64,000 nt of DNA from Octopus vulgaris (Eukaryota). This document shows positions 28,628-43,320 of this stretch, piece by piece (the first letter of the stretch is position 1; every line of letters starts with the position of its first letter). Where the stretch lies: the NCBI GenBank assembly GCA_951406725.2, contig OX597832.1, positions 33,108,001-33,172,000 on the forward strand, given 5' to 3'. The notes beneath the pieces are model-generated. The model had not been told where the DNA came from. It ran no database searches and saw nothing but the letters and a program-made list of their open reading frames with translations. The position numbers and the translations under genes are program-made.

Positions 28628-28877
28628 TTCAACTGCATGTTGTTTGACAATCATTTGCCGAGACACACCAAACGTCCTAGAGCGAGTAAAGGATAATAGA
28701 TGTTCAATATGACTGAAAGTGGCAGGGTCAGTAGCGATATATCTTCATGTAATACATCACATACATATAAACTGATAGGGCTTTCTAAGGATATGTGCGG
28801 GACTTGTCACTACAATTTTTGGATTTCTCTGAGACATGGATCTCCTGGGATATTATCTAGATGTTTCTGACACCACG

Positions 28878-28878
<1 letters not shown>
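28565..28878 (-). mobile_element. 5'-truncated R4/Dong-like non-LTR retrotransposon end with (TAA)n tail
   Basis: The minus strand, with frameshifts, reads GCQKHLDNIPGDPCLREIQK/VVTSPAHILRK/ALSV, matching the C-terminal QK...GTAHILRK motif also seen near 61300. A 3' UTR and (TAA)n at 28565-28627 follow. Confidence 0.65.
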
Positions 28879-29163
<285 letters not shown>

Positions 29164-29749
29164 AAAATAAGCAAGGAAACAGTACTCAATACACTGGGTC
29201 TTCAGAATTCTTTTCAGAAGAGCAGCAACATCAATAATACTCTAGGCCATTGATTTTAAACGGGTTGTCCAAATGACCCTTTCGAGTCCATCTAAGATTC
29301 TTGGTTATACATTTACAGTGAATAAAATATTTTACCAATTTTTTTCTATATAAATCTAGAACAAAATTTTATAAACATGGAATTGTTATGGGGGTTCATC
29401 TGACTAAAATAGGAACAAAAGAGGTCTACAGGAAAGAAAGCAAATTCGGGACTATTTCTCTCGGTTGACGGAGTGAGGTCATCGTTTAACTGAACAGGAA
29501 AAAGGCTCAGGTGATGTTGAAATGTTCCCTAATCGACATAGGCCGTCCATATTATTTCGCTCAGAACCGGTTGTTGGCAACTGACTGACTGAAATTGTGT
29601 GATGCACAAATATATAGAGATATTCAATCTATGTTTGGCGGAAAATCATAATACTGCGGTCACTGGAATGTTTTTTTTATTGGAAACTTGAGAGGATGAT
29701 AGCCAAAATACAAGACGTATTAACCTATTGTTGCAAAACTATTTTCTAA

Positions 29750-30110
29750 ACATTGTATTTTGTTCTTTTGTGGTAGAGCAAAAGCAATAGATTCGTTCTG
29801 AATTACAATACATACTTTGCTATAATTTTCCGGTTTTTTAACCAGCATCGTCCCAATTTCTAAGAATGTAGACCCTTCTAGGAAACATAGACCATTTAAT
29901 TCAACGAAATTTAAATTTAACCAAATATCTAAGTTTGATAAAAGCACATCAGAGTTTCTCAGGTCGTAGGTGTTGAGATAATAAGAATGAATGTATGTCA
30001 CATATATGTTATATAAATCCAATATAATGGATATTGTAACGTACAGAATCATCTTTTATTACTGACATAGAGAGATCTGGATATACAGGTAACCAGAATG
30101 CGATGCTAAA
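29750..30110 (-). mobile_element. Decayed Penelope-like reverse transcriptase fragment
   Basis: The minus strand gives RILVTCISRSLYVS (compare ILVTxDVxSLYTNI) and LDIWLNLNFVELNGLCFLEG...IGTML (compare ILxNNxFxFNGxxYxQxxGTAMG). Confidence 0.5.
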
Positions 30111-30318
30111 AAGAGCAACAAACAACACAAACAATAAACAATTGTGCGTGTGTTTTTTTATTGGTTAAACTGGCAACATGACCATCCCTAAAAATAACAA
30201 TATCTGTTTCAACACATGATTTCACATGAAGAATCTTGCAAAACAAATAGATTAGCGTATATATATAGATTTTGTAAGATATAAGTTAGAGGTAATATAA
30301 CCATCTAAGGGATAGATG

Positions 30319-30391
<73 letters not shown>

Positions 30392-30408
30392 CTTTCTCTC
30401 TCTCTCTG

Positions 30409-30455
<47 letters not shown>

Positions 30456-30477
30456 GTAGATAGACATACACACACAA

Positions 30478-30590
30478 ACGACGGTCGTGTTCCAGTTTCC
30501 GTCTACCAAATCGACTGACAAGTCTGTACAAGACACGGAATCAGGAACCATGATGTTGGGAAGCAAAAGCCCAGCCAAACAGCCACGTTT
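30478..30590 (-). mobile_element. SINE family B, 5' fragment
   Basis: cagtttccgtctaccaaatc...ggaaccatgatgttgggaagc...acagccac is the reverse complement of the 57703-57850 region. Confidence 0.7.
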
Positions 30591-30764
30591 GACACGAAAA
30601 CTAAACATTTCGTGTAGTCAAAGCTCATCTGCGCCAAGCAATGCATTGAAAACGAGAATTCAAAATAAATGAACTGAACAACAGCAAGAATAGACAATCA
30701 CAACAACAACAACAACAACAACAACGGCAAGAAAACTAACAACCATAAAAACCATACTAATAAT

Positions 30765-31140
30765 ATATTCTTTTAAATTTTAGTTCAGGAGCAGAATTTT
30801 CTAGGGGAGGAGAAAGTCAATTAAATCGAACGTCGTACCTGAATGGCACTCAATCTCAACGACACCGTTGGTTTTGAACAGAGAAACGAAAGGGTTAGAA
30901 CAAATAGGACAAAGGTTTTGCCTGCCGTTCTGAAGTTACTTCTAGTCTTCTGCAGAAAATAGTTTCTTTTTGAGGCACAAAACCAGCATCTATTTCAGTA
31001 CTTGATTGGTAAAGTATTTAATTGACCCCGAAAGGATAAAATGTAAGGTCGATATTGGTAGGATTGAAGTTCAGGATATAAACACCAATAACAAACAACG
31101 CGGCAAATTTCTCCTCATTCTGTATCGATCTTGCAAGCTT
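30765..31140 (-). mobile_element. Two degenerate head-to-tail SINE family A copies
   Basis: attgaccccgaaaggataaaatgtaaggtcga in the second copy, with a similar layout in the first. Confidence 0.55.
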
Positions 31141-31238
31141 ATCTTTTTCTGATGATGAAAACAATGATATTAACTTCAACAACAGCTTCAAGGACGAAAG
31201 CAACGTCAACATTATAGATGTGGTGGGGTTCATAATTG

Positions 31239-31292
<54 letters not shown>

Positions 31293-32099
31293 TGTGAGCT
31301 TAAACCAGAACAAAAATATATGAAACAAAATGGATCTCCTCTACGTAATTTCTGAAATACACGAAATTCATTTTTTAAAAAATAATCCACGTTGATTCCA
31401 CGTGATATTGAGAAACCTGACATTACTTTTATATATTTTATTTAATCAAAATTAATATTTGAAATAATCTGGCTGATATTGTTATCAATAGCTAAAGGCG
31501 AAATTGTATGAGAAAATATTATTTGTTTACTCCGTGTTCCGCCATTGCAACTATCATGATGGCTTCCTCACCGATCACTGAATTAGCAATTAAACAACTT
31601 GAAAAAAATTCTGATTACTTCAAGTGGACTTCAAGATAATTAATTAAATTAATATATATTATATTTTCTACATCTAACGTTACACGATGTTTAATGGAAA
31701 CGTTTTTCCAAAGACCTGCGAAATAAAAAAAAAGGAGAAAGTAACTAACAGAAAGCAGGAGTGATAAAGGAAAAGAAATACATACATCAATTTGCCAAAG
31801 AGAAGCAACGTGTTAAAATTTCTTGGTATTGGAATAATTGAAAATAACAATAAAAACAAATGTGCGATATCAAAATGGCGTCGTGCCCAGTCTCAAGATG
31901 TTGTACAAGTCTTCTTTGCTGTCAAATTAAAATCCTCTGGCAACGATCCCAGGAAAGAGTCCCTATACACTCGATCGTTTAGCAATGGCAGCCAAATTTA
32001 CTTTAGCATTGTTTCGACAGTCTTCAAAATCGGTTGATGAATTAGATAAATTAGTGCTGAATTTAATAAGCCAGAACTGATGTCGAGTAGGTGATTGCA

Positions 32100-32560
32100 T
32101 TCTTTCGGATCAAACGATCAAGGTTCGTCACACAAATAATTATTAGAATGTTCTGTAATGGCCGAAAGAGACCGATCGTGAATACAAGTAGCTAGAAAGA
32201 GATCCTTAGGAAGGGTCTCTGGAATAAGGTTATTCGAGAGGGAGCACACCTTGAAAATCAGTGAGAATATCGAGGTTGAGATGTTACATCTCAGCATTGA
32301 CAGGTCACAACGGACATGTCATTAGAGGGACGCAGGAAAGTATCGCAAGACGGATACATCAAGACACGTCAACCGGTAGGAGTCGTTGTGGGTAGATATA
32401 AGAAAGAAATGATTAGATAATACCTGTAGTCTCAGCTGGATAATACCTGTAGTCAAGCTGGTCTCAGCTTGGAAATCTAATCGTAAAGTCTAATGGATGT
32501 TGCTTCTGACATCACCTTTTGGAGGACGTACCCGAGGATTCTGCCCTAAATATACCCCAC
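32100..32560 (+). mobile_element. RTE-clade LINE, decayed C-terminal fragment
   Basis: Reads LGRVSGIRLFEREHTLKISENIEVEMLHLSIDRSQ/GHVIRGTQESIARRIHQDTSTGR, matching the RTE pattern LRRVAGxxLxDRxRSxxIRExLxVEPLLLxIERSQLRWxGHVxR. Confidence 0.7.
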
Positions 32561-33107
32561 CATGAATTTTGAGCGGAGAACATGTGTGGATAGAAGAATG
32601 TGCTTACTCTGATAAATATCTCACTTTGCACGCCACTGTGAAGCTGCCACCTGTTGGCGCGCTACAGAACTGGTCCAGGAACGTTTTAATAGCACATCCT
32701 ACATGCCTACACGCATACATATGTATGGATATATTCATTCAAACATACATATACGTAAATACGTACATACAAACACATTAATTCATACATACATACATAC
32801 ATACATACATACATACATACATACATACATACATACATACATACATACATACATACATAGAGACAGACAACTCAAACACGCAGGCTTAAAATTGCACAAT
32901 GTATAAGACTGATAAAACCTTCTAATTAGCAAAAAAAAAAAAGCATTTCTATCATTGCAAATGGAAAATAATGTTCACGGTTTTTCTAAAATTTTTCTAA
33001 ATTCATTCTGAATATGAAGTAAACTACAAGAATCCAGAAAAACATGTTGAAGACAACGATGAAAACATAAGCAATGTTTTAAAACCAGATTTTTCACCCC
33101 ATCATTT

Positions 33108-33151
<44 letters not shown>

Positions 33152-33379
33152 CGAGTGTTCCTATCTCTCTTTCTCTTATCCAGCAATCTATCTATGTAGA
33201 CCATATGTTCGTGCTATGCTGATCTCGTGTGAAGATAAAAACAGTGCTTAACCTTGCAGGTGGGCCCCAGTTAGAATTTTATTCATGCCGATTAGCCCAT
33301 CCCACTAAAAAGCGAAATATGTGTTGCTTAAGGATGTTGAATGAAACACCCATGTTTCCACGGAGGAAATATTCAAATC

Positions 33380-33560
33380 ATAAAGGATTCCTCTCAGCAC
33401 ATTGTTATGATGCTCCCCCACTACTTCTGCTTTTAATCGGCGATGAACATATTGCCAGCGACTAAGGCACATTGGTTAAGGTCAATCAACTGACAAGCAA
33501 ATCTCGTGTACTGAGCAGAATATTTGTTCTAACCCATCTTTTATACCAAGACAAAACATG
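33380..33560 (-). repeat. Interspersed repeat, inverted relative to 62215-62410
   Basis: tatgatgctcccccactacttctgc...ggttaaggtcaa...tgagcagaatatttg...cccatcttttata is the reverse complement of 62235-62400. Confidence 0.85.
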
Positions 33561-33849
33561 GGTGTCCTGGAGACAACGTGACAGATCTCGGTTGAGGAGC
33601 ATAAGTCTTAGATGACGTTACCGATGACGGCGAAAAGGGCTCTCATAAACAATTGGGTCTGATTCATCGATTAATTCATGAAAGAATTAGAGAAGCAGCA
33701 GCTGATTGTAAGGATCATGCGCAATTCTTATATTTAATAAAAGCAAATGGTTTTACAATATTCAAAAATCTTCGCTACCTTTACGTAGGAAGTAGTATCT
33801 TTACAAGGAAGTACAAACTAAATTGTCTTTGCATTAATTAAGCAAAGGT

Positions 33850-34425
33850 TGGAAGAGCGTGTGTTAGTGGTTCAGATGTTGCACTGATTATCGTATGATG
33901 CGGTTTCGAATCAGGGACTGAACACCATGTCGTGTTCTTCAGCAAATTCTTCCATTTTGCGTTGCTCAACGCCACTCAAAAGGCAACAAGGTGGCAGAAT
34001 TGTTAACACGCCGGACAAAATCCTTCGAGGCCTTTCGTTCCTCTTTACATTCTCAATTGATATTCTGACGAAGTCTACTTTCGTTTTTGCATCCTGTCAG
34101 GTCCCTTCGAGCAGTGGGGGTGGGGGTGAGGGTTTCCGATGTAATCAACATAACCCCTCCCAACGATCTTGATGGTCTTGTGCCTAAATTTGAATTACGT
34201 TTGCAGTAAAGCGGCGAATTGGCGAAGTCGTTATTGTGCCGGAGAAAATGGTTCGTGGTATTTCTTCTGATCCGACCTCTGCGTCAGAATGAGGCTGAGG
34301 TTGATTTTGCTTCTAGTTCTTTTGGGGTCGAAAAAATAAGTAACAGTTATGCATTGGCGTCGATGTAATCGACTTACCTCCTCGCCCGATATTTGTGGCC
34401 TTCTGTCAAAGTTTCGAAATCAGTG
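33850..34425 (+). mobile_element. SINE C head (33850-33978) followed by two tandem SINE A copies (33980-34200 and 34208-34425)
   Basis: tagtggttcag...tttcgaatc; ggtggcagaattgttaacacgccggacaaaa; gcggcgaattggcgaagtcgtta...ggggtcgaaaaaataagtaacag. Confidence 0.75.
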
Positions 34426-35542
34426 TCATATTTGTAGTAGGAGAGATAGTTGATATTTCACAGACCACTGTGCGATGTGTGATGGTGACATTCCTTCTCT
34501 TGAGACCCTAATCCCATCCATTGACAAAGTCGTCGTCATTACTACAGCATATCATGTAGAATTTTAGACTTGAAACTGTCCTGCTCTTACCCGGTCTGAC
34601 GAGAACCAGAAACTCTGTCCAGGTCTGATGAGAATCAAGAAGAAAGAAAAGGGGAATCCGGTAACATAATAGAAGAAACAAGTCCAATATCGACATCGAA
34701 AGAAGGAAAATTAAAGAAACAACTCGATTTGAATTGAACTCCAAGCGCTGACAGACAGATTGTTTCGCACGAAACAACCAAATCTGACGCCATAACGAAT
34801 TGGTCACTTGATATTATGGTGAAATGTTGTTTGCAATGCTGATGTAGTATATATAATGAGATTATAAACATATAAAATGGTGAGCAAGCGGTTTAATGAC
34901 AGCCATGAGGAAGGGTTAAGTTTATATATATTTGTATTGAGATCTATAATGTAGAAAAAGGGGCAGATACCGTAGTTGTTCTGTCGATGTTTTTCCCAAG
35001 TTAATTTCAAGATTATATGCCGACACCAACTCACATTCCAACGGAAGTAATTAGATAAATAAAGAAAATGCAGAGAAAAGCAAGAATTTTATCGAGAAGA
35101 AAGGAAGAAAATTAGAAACAAAGAGAAAAAAAAAGAGAAAATGAACGATAGAAAATAGTGCAGACGTAGAGGGAAAGAGGAAATGAAAAAGAGAGTGAAG
35201 AAATAGCATAATAGTCTCGCAGTGACATTATTTAAAATTGTTGCAAATGTTCGTTTGTATTTTATTGGTGAATTCTTCAAATTAAATGGATGTCACAGGG
35301 AGTAAACATTGAATGTTGTTGTGTGAGGTGTTATGCGGTTGAGCACAAGAAAAAGAGAAAGAAATGAGAGGAATAGCAAGATGAATAATGTGAGAGAAAA
35401 ATCCGAGGAAAGACAGAGAAAATAGATATTACACAAAACCATACAAGATAGATTCAAGATTCACCAAATTCAATTGAAACAATCGTTCTCAGACAAGAAA
35501 TAAAAATAAAATAAAAGAAAATATATGTATGTATATGCTATA

Positions 35543-35599
<57 letters not shown>

Positions 35600-35903
35600 T
35601 CATACATACATACATATATATATAGGTATGTGTGTGTGGTTGTGTGTGTACTAAAGAAGGAATATTACATAATAGTAACTAGGAAAATACACATTTAAAC
35701 GACAGAGAAAATTGCGTCTGTCTCAAATATATATTCTATAATTATTTTTATTAAATTGAAAGCAATAAAAGTAAAAAATTAACAAATGGAAGAGTCAGAA
35801 GAACATCAAAATAAGTAGAAAATGTTTAGGACATGTGCACTGCTATAAAGAATATATATGTATGCATATATATATATACACATGCATATATATATATATA
35901 TAG

Positions 35904-35935
<32 letters not shown>

Positions 35936-36989
35936 ATATATATATATACACATATATATATATGTGCACCTCGTAGACATACATGCATGTATGTATATAT
36001 CTATGTGTGTATGCGTGCGTGTATATGTGTGCATGTGCATATATATACATATATATACATGTAGATGTATATATATATATGTATGTATGTATCAATATCT
36101 ATCTTTCAAGATACATGATATATATATATATATGGATATTTACTTATATATAGATACACACACTCACACACATACGCATATATATACACATATATAAACA
36201 TATATAAATTTAATTTCATATAGACATATCATACCTATACACACACACATGCGTATATATATATATAACCATAAATATATTTATAAATATACCAATATGT
36301 GTGTGTATGTTTATGTGCATGCATATATATATGTCCATATGTCGCTCTGCATATCCATACGTCATCACACTCTCTACGTTAAAGACGCATTTTCTGATTT
36401 CCTTCCCTCTGTCTTCTCACGTCGTTGTTTTGAGCTGAAAGTCTGCAAAAAAGAAAAGGGGTTGGCATATATGTTACAAAAGAAACTTTTATTATTTGAG
36501 AAAATAAAGTACACGAAAGAAAAAAACAAAGAAGTATCTATGAGGCAAAAATTTGATATATACTTGTGGAAATAAAATACAACTGTCAAAAGACATTCGT
36601 ATATATATACTAAGTTCAGACAAAATAATGTAAACACTTAGTATCATAGCATCATAATTTTGAAATATTTATAAAAAGTATTACATTATCATTAAAGTTT
36701 AGATAGTTGCTATCATTAAATGATATCAACCATCTACCTTCAATGATAATGCTTGTTACACGTATTTAGTATACTGTTTGAACTTGAGAATTATATTCAT
36801 GATAAGAAATAACATGAGATTTGGTCTTAAATATTAACCGCTTAAATGTTAGTGGTTTTATGCTTGTGCATTGTAGTGTGCCTAAAAGACAGAAATTTTT
36901 TTGTTACCTGTTTGGATCAAATTATTACCATAATTTGCTATATATGATGTTAAGTCCAATATTATTTCTAGCAGATTATATAGATTCTC

Positions 36990-37960
36990 TGTAATACCTG
37001 TACTAGTTGCCTCCCCTTAACTATAAATTTAATCTTGTGCCCATTTGACCGTTTTTCCCATGCACGTTATATCGATAAGCTGCCTGCAATAGGACACTGG
37101 TGACCCTGTACCGCTTATATCATTGTCTTTTCCATCGTACCCTTTTCTTATTTTGGTATTTATTTTCATCTCTGTCCGTTGAAACGGTTTTAACTTATGT
37201 CCTCGGTTGATATATAATTGACCAATTGTTGAGATCGCTGGACTTAGACCGGTCCTATTTCGGACAATAGGTGGGGCTCTTTGTAATATTTCTCTGAGTA
37301 CATTATTTTAAGCACCCTACGGTAATGTTTTGGATACATTATACCTGAGTTTTTTTTCGTTTACACAGGTAACGCCTCTTGATAGCCGTGTTAGTGAGTT
37401 TCCTTGTTTTATCATTCTTTTCATACCATTTAAAATATCTTGGTTACCCGTAAAAATATTTTTTAGCTCCCTAGACCAATACTAGTTCGCTCTCTTACCT
37501 ACAAAATTCGTAGCCCCCAGATGCTAGATTATATGCTTTAAATATTTCGGGCTTCCAGAATTCTTTTCTAGGCCATGTTTTCTTTTCACCTTCTTCCTTT
37601 CGTTTATTTTGGATGCTTTTGTTTTACCTTGATGAAGCTCCGTGCCCTGCTTCGTATGTCCTATGAAGATGATGAATTTATTTCAGGAATTATTTATAGA
37701 CATTGATTGGCATCGGCTGCGGAAACAGCCGCTAGATTTATTCTGACACATAAATGTTGTTTTGTATTAATGTGGACCAATTGACGAGTTTCTTGATCTG
37801 AGGTTTTCCCCATTTTCTGATCATTTACATTTGTTTCCTGATGAATTTTGGTTTATTTTGTTGTTACCTGCACTCTACCAGTGTGCCTGCATACCCATGC
37901 CCAGAGATAACATGAGTAACGGATTTCGATGGTTATACGGAATTAGTTATCCCTCAGTCG
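36990..37960. mobile_element. Penelope-like relic: decayed ORF piece (-) next to a pseudo-LTR-like segment with a degenerate hammerhead (+)
   Basis: Minus-strand VLREILQRAPPIVRNR weakly resembles the PLE RT-endonuclease linker. The plus strand has ttgatga-long stem-gaaacagccg at 37629-37735. Confidence 0.4.
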
Positions 37961-37977
37961 ATTGTTATAACTGCTAA

Positions 37978-38063
<86 letters not shown>

Positions 38064-38356
38064 ATGTATATGAATATATTTGTATACACACACACTCACA
38101 CACACAATAAAACCTACCGACTAAATGCGGCAGTAAGTCTCTGCCCGACCAGAGCATTGAACCTGTACCCAATGATCGTTAGACAAGCAGCCAAACCACT
38201 TGGCCAGGTATCTTCACTAGACACAGATAGCGCTGACATCGTTTGTGTCAGATAAAAATCCACCGATCGTTATAATGATGACGATTATTTGTGTGGTCCA
38301 AGAACATTCGTATAGACATCACAACTATATAGAACACACAAACACACACACATATA

Positions 38357-38402
<46 letters not shown>

Positions 38403-38820
38403 TACACCTTTACCTATGTATATACGCCAGCTTAACTTGTCCTTTTAGTCGAAAGACACGTGTAGTTATTCCTGTTTGTATTTGTAATAGTGTAACATTT
38501 TCTTCGTTCTCTTGTAATTTTGTCCGTGTTGTTGCACATATGCGTCTGCTTTCTTAGACTTTTGGGTCTACATATTTTGAACAATCTCAAGTGGAACACG
38601 CTGAAACTGTTGTGATTATTGGATGCTTGACTGATAAATAGAAAGCCACGAATGTTCCTTCTTGGTTTTTCTTGTCCGTCTTTGTATCGTCCATTTTTCC
38701 CTATGTCTTCTCTGTCGTCTGTTACGCTCTTGTTCCGTTTTTTTTACTTATATATATATATATATATATCAGTGTTTTGGACTTATATATCTATATGTTG
38801 CTAGGTAATTACGCAGACAC

Positions 38821-38855
<35 letters not shown>

Positions 38856-39470
38856 AAGAGAAAGAGAGACAGACAGACATAGACAGAGAGAGGGGTGATG
38901 TCATATATCTTTGACTGCAAAGGACATACCTGGTATATTCCACCACAATGCCGTAGATTCTACCACGTGACACTCACATGATTTCCCTAATTGTGTAGTT
39001 TGTCTATATAGTGGCGAAAACAAACTCTCCCGTCGCCAGGATTGGAACATTGAGTATATGACAGCTGGACGCGGGGATAGAGAAAGAGAGAGAGAGAGAG
39101 AGAGTGATAGAAAGAGAGAGAGAGAAAGAGAGAGAGGGGGAGGGACAGACAGACTGACAGAAAGCCGCATAAGTTCTAGGTGAGTAATCATTGTCAATTA
39201 AGTAGAATGAAGCACATTGATTGAAGTACAACCCAAGGCTCGAGGAAGATAACGATCCCTGACTTTATGACCACGAGTCTAACTCCTTGATCACTAAATC
39301 TTAGCCATTGTCAAATAATCACTAATCGTTAATCACTAATCCATAACCATTATGCACATTCATATTGGTACAAAGACCATTAACATTTCAGGCGTAGCGT
39401 GTGTGTGTGTGTATGTGTGTGTTTGTTTGTGTGTGTGTGAGCGGGAGAAAAGAGAGAGAGAGAGAGAGAG

Positions 39471-39514
<44 letters not shown>

Positions 39515-39517
<3 letters not shown>

Positions 39518-39721
39518 TTGCTTGTTTCTTCCTGACCGCTTGACAATCGCTGTTGGTGTGTTTACGCCCCCACAGCCCAGCGGTTCGGCAAAGTGATTGA
39601 TACAATAAGCATCAGGATTAAAAAATGAAGCACAGGGGTTGATTCTTTCGATTACAAATGCTTCAGGGTGGTGCTCCATCATGGTCGCAGTCTAATGACT
39701 TAAACAAGTAAGAGATGAAAG
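39515..39721 (+). mobile_element. SINE family B, 3' half
   Basis: cgcttgacaatcg...tggtgtgtttacg...agcggttcggcaaag...gtgctccatcatggtcgcagtctaatgacttaaacaagtaa. Confidence 0.8.
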
Positions 39722-40087
39722 CCATTGACTTTAGATTCTCCACATTTGCAAAATAGCAATTTCACAAATATTTGCTAACTTTGCAGTCTTTACCAATATT
39801 TGCAGAATGGAAGCAAACGACAGTCTCATTTTATTATCGCTTTTAATCAGACGTTCTGCTCTTCCACACAAGTGGTTAATATGAGTTACCATGACAACTG
39901 GTGAATTTTTATAGGAGAAAAAATGGTGCCGACTTGGCTGCGTGGTTAGGTATTTCACCATAACATCGTTTGAAGCCATTTTATATGGGTTTACATTGTG
40001 GGACAAGGGGAGCAGCATTTTGGGAGAGGGATTACCTGATAACACATCGACCGCAGTCCTTGCCTTGGCGAAAAGTGTATACAGAAC

Positions 40088-40158
<71 letters not shown>

Positions 40159-40644
40159 CAGCAGCAGTTTTAATGGTATTAGTATCATTAAGAAAATTAA
40201 TGACGAAGCTAATACCGAATATCTACAAGATATGAAAACTAAGATGGAATTGCATTTTATTTTCCAATCAAATAAACACGGTTAAGTGATGCAAATTACA
40301 TTGTGGAGGTCGAGAGGGAATATATTGTCTGTATTGACGCTTGGATTAAGAAAGTTACCAAGAAATTGTCTGATACATTAACTTCTCAATTTGCTAGACT
40401 TTTCAGTTAAGTGAGGCTTAAATTACCTTGGAATTTCCAAGTTCCTTGTTGCCTCTCAATATCCTTTAAATATCCTCTCCCTGAGGTTCCGAGCTGATTA
40501 GCTTTGGTGTTCCCCGTAAACCCGGACCTTCCTCTCCTATTCTATCAGTAGAAGAATCTAGACGTTTAATTGATTAATTTCTCTGATGAAAATGTTTCTA
40601 AATACTGCAGTTTTGCTTAGCAAGACACTGTTGCTTACATTGAG

Positions 40645-42250
<1,606 letters not shown>

Positions 42251-42254
42251 GCTG

Positions 42255-43320
42255 CACCGACTTTGCATTTCATCGTTTCAGTGTCAATGAAACAAATACT
42301 CCTTGAACAATGAGACTGATGTGACTGATTGATACCCTACACTACTATTTCATTCCGTTTACCTATAGAGGAAAGATTATGATTATTATCATTGTCCTTG
42401 TTTACGTTGATGATGATGATGGTGATGATGCTGTTGTTGTTGAATTTCCTCTTAAGCTGTTGGCGTGTCAGAAGCGACAAAACGTCTTTTAATATTTATT
42501 TCATCTCTTTAGGTTCTGAGGTCAAATTCTGAAGACGTCGAAATGGGTTCTCTTCGTTTTGGGGTCGATAAAATAGACATCAGTTTGTCATTGAGATCGA
42601 TGTCATCAACTGCCTTCCTCTCCACCCAAATTTCAAGGCTTCTGCTTATAGCCGGAAGGACTATTGTAATTATTAATGCTTTGCATTCGTTGACAAACGG
42701 TGAAATGGCGGGATCGTCACCGCGCCGAACAAAACAGCGACATTCCGCCCGTCATTACGCTTTGAGTTCAAATCCTTCCTGGGGCGTGAGGAGTGAGATG
42801 TGATCCTTTTCAGGCATTGAGGGTCTTTGTGTTCCATCCAGTTTTTGTTATGGGGCAGGGTTTTTTGTTTTTGCAACTTACCCAGTGAATATACTGTGCT
42901 GCTCTATCATGCCTGTTGCGATACTCTGTAGGCGCAAGAAGACTGCAGGTAAAGAAATCATGATCAATGGTTTCATTTTGTTGTTTACATATATGACATG
43001 TTGGGCTACTGGCGGTCTTTAATATGTTGGCCTGGTCGTTCCTTGTAGGTAGTCAATGATCTTGGGCTGCTATGATAAACTCTTCCGTTTCAGATTTTAA
43101 GCCAGTGGATAGTGAAGGGCTTTGTCAACATCGGCATTATTATCGCTCTTTAGGTATTTGTCATTGAGACGTTCTTATTTCAAACTCCGGCGATGTCAAC
43201 TCGGCTTTCCTTTTTTCTTTTTTTATTTTGTGGTCGATAACATAATACGCCTGTCATATACTGCGATCGATGGTATCCACTGATCTCCACTCCTAAATTT
43301 CTACTATTACAGAATTATCA
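42255..43320 (+). mobile_element. Cluster of at least four co-oriented SINE A copies or fragments
   Basis: cgactttgcatttcatc (42258); ttctgaggtcaaattc...ggggtcgataaaata (42515-42575); tgagttcaaatcc (42763); ttcaaactccggcgatgtcaactcggc (43178). Confidence 0.65.

Noticed and set aside
34590-34645. CTGACGA...GAAA and CTGATGA hammerhead-like boxes
   Set aside because: No pairing in stem II or stem I. It is a ~29-bp tandem duplication.
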